From Crocosphaera subtropica ATCC 51142 (GTDB lineage Bacteria; Cyanobacteriota; Cyanobacteriia; Cyanobacteriales; Microcystaceae), in the NCBI RefSeq assembly GCF_000017845.1, contig NC_010543.1:1-10244 (forward strand): DNA of 10,244 bases. The letters run 5' to 3'. Position 1 is the stretch's first letter. The number at the start of each line of letters is the position of its first letter. Positions 6,351 through 10,244 of this stretch are shown here, one piece after another. The notes under the pieces were generated by a model. The model was not told the DNA's origin and made no database searches. It was given only the letters and a program-made list of their open reading frames with translations. The translations under genes and the position numbers were made by a program.

Positions 6351-6648
6351 ACATTCCTTTCCCATCTGCCCGAAGGGGGTTTTAGGGGGTTTCCCCCTAA
6401 ACAGCAGCCCCATGTTAGAATCTTTGTGATTCAACTATAACATAAGTACATGGGGTCTGCTGGCTTCCGCTTCACGGAAGGGACTACACTGAAAGGCTAT
6501 CTAGGGGTAATGGGGTTACAGTAATAAGATAATTATAAGGTATTTTCCTAATCGGAAAATAGTTATTTGTGAATGGGGGATAATCCCCCAAACCCCCTTA
6601 CTGGGGGACACCCCCAGACCCCCATTAGGGCAGATGGGAAAGGAATGT
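6351..6648. other. Candidate oriT / highly structured element bounded by perfect 21-bp inverted repeats
   Basis: acattcctttcccatctgccc (6351-6371) is the exact reverse complement of 6628-6648. Internal hairpins: tttaggggg-ttt-ccccctaaa (6381-6401), cttccg-cttca-cggaag (6464-6480), tattttcc-taatc-ggaaaata (6541-6561), ggggg-ataat-ccccc (6575-6589), ctggggg-aca-cccccag (6601-6617). The element lies immediately upstream of mobC-relaxase. Confidence 0.55.
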
Positions 6649-6772
6649 CTTTGTTTGATTAATTGGTTTAATATTGATAGTAGTTATTATGGAGGTGGGA
6701 TTATAGAAAGGCAAACATTGGGGGCTTTAGAGAGGGCTTATTTGTCACTTCAGGATATAGTGACTAATTTAT

Positions 6773-6931
6773 ATGGTGAAGCGACTGTTTGAAATAGGAA
6801 AATTAACGGTAGGACAAGCAGCAGAATTGGCGGGTTATTCTAAACCGACTTTTATCGAGTTACTTGGTAAATTAGGGGTTCCTGTGATTGATTATCCCCC
6901 CCAAGAATTAGAAGAGGAAAAAATTACTTAA
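6773..6931 (+). CDS. Small ORF (52 aa), UPF0175-family antitoxin-like; possibly N-terminally truncated
   Basis: This ORF is not in the supplied track, probably because it is short. The translation is MVKRLFEIGKLTVGQAAELAGYSKPTFIELLGKLGVPVIDYPPQELEEEKIT*. The G-x-AAELAG...F..LL...G(I/V)P....EL.EE pattern is typical of UPF0175 C-terminal halves. There is no obvious SD, an in-frame stop lies 9 nt upstream, and no PIN-type partner gene follows. Confidence 0.4.
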   Translation: MVKRLFEIGKLTVGQAAELAGYSKPTFIELLGKLGVPVIDYPPQELEEEKIT

Positions 6932-7087
6932 TTTATCTTTTTATAAAATAAGTATAACATTATAACGTGATTTTAGTTACAGTGTTATTAACTTTGTTAT
7001 ACACTTATAAATTAAATGGTTAATAATCACGATAATTAGAGTTGACTATAACTACAGTTTAGTTTTTATTTAAAACGGTGTTTTTAA

Positions 7088-7124
7088 ATGTGTCCAACAT
7101 TGTACACTATTATGTTAGACACAT
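7088..7124. repeat. 13-bp inverted repeat carrying the TGTC(C/T)AACA motif, downstream of the 7203-7490 gene
   Basis: atgtgtccaacat (7088-7100) and atgttagacacat (7112-7124) are reverse complements at 12/13, with an 11-nt spacer. They share their core with the sites at 8279-8331 and 8566-8577. Confidence 0.5.
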
Positions 7125-7202
7125 AATAGTAAAAATTGGCTATTGATGGGGAATAGTACCCCAGACAACCGTTATGTAGATGAAAAAAGGGTGGTGTTTT
7201 TT

Positions 7203-7490
7203 CTAAAAGGGGTCAATAGCATAGGTTAATAATTCCTTAGTGATTCGGTTAAAGTCTTTGATTGACTGAGCTTGATCTAATTGATTTAATAGAGCTTGTC
7301 TATCGTCTTCTTTGGGGAAGTAATGCCCTTTAAAACTTGTCCAGTGTTTGAGATACCCTCTAATTAAATCAGCATCTTCTTGGTTAAAGTTTGAGGAGTT
7401 ACTAAATAGCTTTTTGACGGCGTTAGGTAATTGACCGCTTTGTTCGTTTCTCCAATAAACTAAGGTATGGTCTGGATAGTTATAAAACAT
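7203..7490 (-). CDS. Hypothetical protein (95 aa), second gene of the RHH-GIY-YIG operon
   Basis: ATG at 7490, with AGAGG ~10 nt upstream and a 33-bp gap after the upstream gene. I recognise no motif in MFYNYPDHTLVYWRNEQSGQLPNAVKK...ELLTYAIDPF. Confidence 0.65.
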   Translation of the reverse strand: MFYNYPDHTLVYWRNEQSGQLPNAVKKLFSNSSNFNQEDADLIRGYLKHWTSFKGHYFPKEDDRQALLNQLDQAQSIKDFNRITKELLTYAIDPF

Positions 7491-7523
7491 TTTATTTTGC
7501 CTCTGATTGTGTTAGTTAATAGC

Positions 7524-8279
7524 TTAGGATTGAAAGAATTTAGACAAGCTGCTTCCTTCTTCAGTGGGTCGATATTTCCAACCGCTTAACTCTTCAAGGT
7601 ACTCAATGGGGTCAACTTCTAATAAGGAAGCTGCATCCTCTAAGTCCTTAACTGTATTGAAACCGAAATGCTTGGCTAAACCACTGCGAGTAACGCCTTC
7701 TCGTAAGTCTTCTGATGAGGGGTTCCATTCTTGTAACCCTCGTTTGGGTAAGTAGTTTTGAAGCTTCTTAACTACCTTCTCTGACCCAAGTTGAACCAAA
7801 ACTGATAAGGTATCATTGAACTGCTTTTTAAGGGTGGTCAATTCCTGTTCTAGTTTCTCAAATTGGTCAGAGGTTACTAATGCTTTGGTTTGAATTGTCT
7901 CAGTGGGTTCTGATTGGAACTCTTCTATAGTTTGGTTTAGGTTATCAACAGAGTCAAAAGTAAAGTAACCTATACGGGAATCCATAGAGGACTCTATAAA
8001 GTATTGATACTTGTGATGACTATTCCAACGAGTTCTTAAGTTATCTGCTTTGCCAATGTAGAGAAGTTGATGGTCTAAAGTATAAACAAAATAGATTCCA
8101 GGTTGAGAGGGTAATTTTACCCGTTCAGTGATATGAACCGAGGGTATAGAACTTAGTAACATCCCGATAATTACATCGGTCTTATTTTGTCGAGTCTGTT
8201 CTACTTGTTCATCAATACCCTTCATTAACTCAGAGGGACATCTGATAGTAAAGCTTGATGTGGATTGAGTTTTAGCCAT
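7524..8279 (-). CDS. Ribbon-helix-helix + GIY-YIG nuclease-domain protein with an unknown C-terminal domain
   Basis: I prefer the ATG at 8279-8277 (MAKTQSTSS...); the ORF track starts at the TTG at 8288. RHH-like N-terminus: FTIRCPSELMKGIDEQVEQTRQNKTDVIIGMLLSS. GIY-YIG motif: PGIYFVYTLDHQLLYIGKADNLRTRWNSHH. This is followed by a coiled-coil stretch and a ~90-aa C-terminal region. Confidence 0.8.
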   Translation of the reverse strand: MAKTQSTSSFTIRCPSELMKGIDEQVEQTRQNKTDVIIGMLLSSIPSVHITERVKLPSQPGIYFVYTLDHQLLYIGKADNLRTRWNSHHKYQYFIESSMDSRIGYFTFDSVDNLNQTIEEFQSEPTETIQTKALVTSDQFEKLEQELTTLKKQFNDTLSVLVQLGSEKVVKKLQNYLPKRGLQEWNPSSEDLREGVTRSGLAKHFGFNTVKDLEDAASLLEVDPIEYLEELSGWKYRPTEEGSSLSKFFQS

Positions 8280-8331
8280 GTTAGACAACGTTAATTATTT
8301 TAACTTGTATTGTAATCTAATTTGTCTAACA
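8279..8331. promoter_or_regulatory. Inverted TTGTCTAACA sites bracketing the promoter/start region of the RHH-GIY-YIG gene (candidate RHH operator)
   Basis: tgttagacaa (8279-8288, overlapping the start codon) is the exact reverse complement of ttgtctaaca (8322-8331), with a 33-bp spacer. The spacer contains TACAAT and TAAAAT -10-like hexamers on the minus strand. Confidence 0.5.
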
Positions 8332-8565
8332 AATGTAAGTGAAATAACCTAATTATACTTAACTGATACAAATAGTAAAATTAACTAACTACTTATAGTT
8401 ACGCTGCACATATAAACGTATAACACTGTTAAACAATATGTATATTATACTGTTTAATTTAGGAGTATTTAAAAATATAAGTAAGCACGAGTAAACTGTC
8501 TTTACTTAATAAAGTAAATTACATAAGACAGTGTTGTGTTGTTAAATATATAGTGTAGTTGATTA

Positions 8566-8577
8566 TGTCTAACAAAT
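8566..8577. repeat. Additional direct copy of the TGTCTAACAAAT 12-mer
   Basis: tgtctaacaaat at 8566-8577 is identical to 8323-8334. Confidence 0.5.
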
Positions 8578-8884
8578 ATAGTTATTTATTCAGAAAGCTG
8601 GTTAAACTTGAGAGTTAATATAAGAGTTTAGCTAATTCACTTAATAAATTAATTAGAGTATTATCTTAATAAGAATGCACTGTATAATAAATAAAATTAT
8701 AAATACTTTCAGCTTAGACTGTAACTGTATGTTAAGTAGTTAATTTGTTATTGTTATTATTTGTATTTTTCTGATAGAGTAAAAATAATGATCCTCTATG
8801 AAAAGCATTAATATCTTTTCTAAACTACTTAAATGTTTAGATTTTAGGTTCATAAATTAAAATTTGATATTAAATCTTCACAAA

Positions 8885-9370
8885 ATGTTAAATCGTTTAA
8901 ATTGGCCTGAAATTGTTGGTGGAATTATTGGAAGTATTTTAACAGTTTTTGGTTTATATCTATTTGATAAAATTGGTTTAATTAGTTCAGAAATTGTTAT
9001 TCCATCAAAGGCAATAATTCCTTTTAATTCAAATGAATGTCCTAGTGGTTGGTCAGATTATAGTCAAAGTGCTGGTCGTTTTATTATCGGTGTTGGTCAA
9101 GGAAGTAATCTTACAGAGAGAAGATTGGGAGATTTAGGTGGAACAGAAAAACATATGTTAACTGTTGATGAGATACCACAACATTATCATAACTACGAAG
9201 ATTATCATTATTATGATCAAGAGATAGGTGATCCAAATTATCAAACTCCTCAGGGTGATGAAACTGGTATATTAAAATATAGAGAAGGACAAACTACCGA
9301 AATTGGCGGGGGAAAACCTCATGAGAATATACCACCTTTTGTTGCCTTAAAATATTGTGAAAAAGAATAA
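8885..9370 (+). CDS. Membrane-anchored phage-tail-collar-domain (MdpB/COG4675-like) protein
   Basis: I prefer the ATG at 8885; the ORF track starts at the TTG at 8864. N-terminal TM helix: WPEIVGGIIGSILTVFGLYLF. Tail-collar-like core: AIIPFNSNECPSGW...GRFIIGVGQGSNLTERRLGDLGGTEKHMLTVDEIPQHYH...GGGKPHENIPPFVALKYC. Confidence 0.7.
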   Translation: MLNRLNWPEIVGGIIGSILTVFGLYLFDKIGLISSEIVIPSKAIIPFNSNECPSGWSDYSQSAGRFIIGVGQGSNLTERRLGDLGGTEKHMLTVDEIPQHYHNYEDYHYYDQEIGDPNYQTPQGDETGILKYREGQTTEIGGGKPHENIPPFVALKYCEKE

Positions 9371-9425
9371 TAATAAAAATAATATTTATCACGCTAAACT
9401 GTAATCCCTAGAAGGGACATTTGAT

Positions 9426-9944
9426 TTAGGTTTCTGGCTCTGTTTCTTTACCTTTAAGCATTACCATTAGACGGCGTTTAACATCGCCGTTGTCTTCTTT
9501 GCGGGCTAAAGTCTTAGTAGTAAAAGCTGCATATTTCTTGCTAGTATTCCAGCTTTTCCAAACTTCATCTGGATCTAAACAGTAAGCATAAACTGTTCCT
9601 GCTCCTAACTTAATTCGTAAGACAATATTGTTTTCATCAAGCCATTTGGTTCCTCTTTGAACTGAGCGAATACTAATATCTAATTCATCAGCTAGTAGTT
9701 GTTGAGAAGCAACAACAGCACCCGTACCAGGTTCAATGTGTTTGGCTAAAAACATATAGATTCTGGCAGCTAATGGATATTCTCCAAGAATACCTATAAC
9801 TCTATCAAAGCCTTTTGGATACATTTGAACAAAGTTTTTGTTTTTTTTTCTATCTTTATTTTTCTGTTCTTCGTTTAACCGTTCATCGACTAATTGTATG
9901 AAACGTTGTAAACGATCTTCTGTTGTTGCAGCGGTCTTATCCAT
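9426..9944 (-). CDS. Second RepL-like winged-helix protein (candidate plasmid replication/maintenance protein)
   Basis: ATG at 9944-9942. The sequence NFVQMYPKGFDRVIGILGEYPLAARIYMFLAKHIEPGTGAVVASQQLLADELDISIRSVQRGTKWLDENNIVLRIKLGAGTVYAYCLDPDEVWK has the same architecture as the 676-1170 product. Confidence 0.7.
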   Translation of the reverse strand: MDKTAATTEDRLQRFIQLVDERLNEEQKNKDRKKNKNFVQMYPKGFDRVIGILGEYPLAARIYMFLAKHIEPGTGAVVASQQLLADELDISIRSVQRGTKWLDENNIVLRIKLGAGTVYAYCLDPDEVWKSWNTSKKYAAFTTKTLARKEDNGDVKRRLMVMLKGKETEPET

Positions 9945-9986
9945 CTTAGAAATTCATTTGTCCGGTGTACCTGCCATTTCAGTCAA

Positions 9987-10017
9987 ATTATACGACGGAT
10001 GTGTCGTAATTTACGAC
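9987..10017 (-). promoter_or_regulatory. Putative promoter with TACGAC/GTCGTA operator repeats for the 9426-9944 gene
   Basis: Perfect TATAAT on the minus strand (9992-9987). It is embedded in tacgac (9991-9996), gtcgta (10003-10008) and tacgac (10012-10017), which form two overlapping palindromic sites. No convincing -35 was found. Confidence 0.4.
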
Positions 10018-10036
10018 AAATTTTTTCACCATTTAT

Positions 10037-10070
10037 CTAAGTATTTTTACTTACACTAAGTATTTTTACT
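10037..10070. repeat. Two direct 15-bp repeats CTAAGTATTTTTACT (iteron-like)
   Basis: 10037-10051 and 10056-10070 are identical, with a 19-bp period. They lie upstream of the putative promoter of the second RepL-like gene. Confidence 0.6.
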
Positions 10071-10073
10071 CAT

Positions 10074-10111
10074 GACACGCTAATGGCAGGTAGACACGCC
10101 ATTAGCGTGTC
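10074..10111. repeat. Perfect 14-bp-stem palindrome/hairpin
   Basis: gacacgctaatggc (10074-10087) and gccattagcgtgtc (10098-10111) are exact reverse complements, with the 10-nt loop aggtagacac. Confidence 0.65.
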
Positions 10112-10205
10112 AGGGGGTCAAGGGCTGAAACCTGCATGAAATAAGGATCTTTTATTTTTTCCTTCTTATCTCAGTTAATGAAGGGGTCTGGGGAACACTT
10201 TTCCC

Positions 10206-10244
10206 AGAAATAAAACTGCGACGATAGGAGCAACGATCTTCCTT
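10206..10244. repeat. Left half of direct repeat copy A (continues at 1-21 if the molecule is circular)
   Basis: agaaataa + aac + tgcgacgataggagcaacgatctt + cctt. The 24-mer at 10217-10240 is identical to 2239-2262. Confidence 0.85.

Noticed and set aside
6336-6434. N-terminal extension of the MobC ORF, and the opposite-strand 72-aa ORF at 6211-6429
   Set aside because: The extension translates the G5/C5 hairpin repeats and the 21-bp inverted-repeat arm. The RHH fold begins right after the internal Met at 6335. The plus-strand ORF is antisense to mobC and has no supporting signal.
6375-6623. Runs of G4-G5 and C5 as potential G-quadruplex or i-motif elements
   Set aside because: The G and C runs are arranged as complementary hairpin pairs, so duplex hairpins explain them more simply. 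Nothing in the sequence favours a quadruplex function.
6690-6790. Possible frameshifted N-terminal half of the UPF0175-like ORF in another frame (…LSLQDIVTNLYGEATV*)
   Set aside because: That translation does not resemble the usual UPF0175 N-terminus and has no start codon with signals. A pseudogene call cannot be supported from sequence alone.
6979-6988. 10-mer ACAGTGTTAT whose reverse complement occurs at 8420-8429, plus GTATAACA copies (6951-6958, 8418-8425, inverted at 6995-7002), as possible terminal inverted repeats of a cassette around the nuclease operon
   Set aside because: A rough estimate suggests about one chance 10-mer match is expected between two AT-rich regions of these sizes. 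The similarity does not extend beyond the core, so it is not strong enough to call.
7564-7755. 63-aa plus-strand ORF antisense to the GIY-YIG gene
   Set aside because: It is a short shadow ORF within a supported gene, with no start signals.
8438-8632. Tiny ORFs in the AT-rich spacer (for example an 18-codon ORF from the ATG at 8438 and a 17-codon ORF from the ATG at 8565)
   Set aside because: There is no SD. The lengths are trivial for AT-rich DNA, and one start is simply part of the TGTCTAACA motif.
9838-10059. 73-aa plus-strand ORF spanning the 5' end and promoter of the second RepL-like gene
   Set aside because: It is antisense to the gene start and runs through the operator and iteron repeats. 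The F/S/C-rich translation is typical of AT-rich non-coding sequence.
1-10244. Screen for tRNA/rRNA genes, CRISPR arrays, transposases, reverse transcriptases and restriction-modification genes
   Set aside because: None was seen. There are no spaced identical repeats of CRISPR type, no T-loop or cloverleaf candidates, and no DDE, RT or methyltransferase motifs in any long ORF.

Overview
The window reads as a small mobilizable plasmid of a low-GC cyanobacterium. It is probably complete and circular, because the two window ends together rebuild a ~60-bp sequence that also occurs intact at 2231-2291. Cyanobacterial hallmarks are one HIP1 octamer, two PEP-CTERM-type secreted proteins, a UPF0175-like small ORF and a tail-collar (MdpB-like) ORF. 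Gene order: (1) minus-strand operon 1170->1 encoding a RepL-like winged-helix protein and a catalytic-domain-only tyrosine recombinase, behind two tandem palindromic operators; (2) an AT-rich convergent pair of secreted PEP-CTERM-like proteins (1466-2113 +, 2321-3493 -); (3) a ColE1/MbeA-type MOB module on the minus strand: MobC (5976-6335), then a relaxase fused to a DUF3991-Toprim primase-like domain (3596-5986), with two stacked out-of-frame ORFs nested in its Q-rich linker (4783-5229, 4570-4773) that resemble mobB/mbeB and mbeD overprinted genes; (4) a highly structured 300-bp candidate oriT (6351-6648) bounded by perfect 21-bp inverted repeats; (5) an unannotated 52-codon UPF0175-like ORF (6773-6931); (6) a two-gene minus-strand operon (7524-8279 RHH + GIY-YIG nuclease; 7203-7490 unknown 95 aa) flanked by copies of a TGTCTAACA motif; (7) a ~570-bp extremely AT-rich gene-free region; (8) a membrane-anchored tail-collar-domain protein (8885-9370); (9) a second RepL-like winged-helix protein (9426-9944) with repeats and hairpins upstream. 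I saw no tRNA, rRNA, CRISPR array or transposase. All homology calls come from motif recognition by eye and none was checked by a search.
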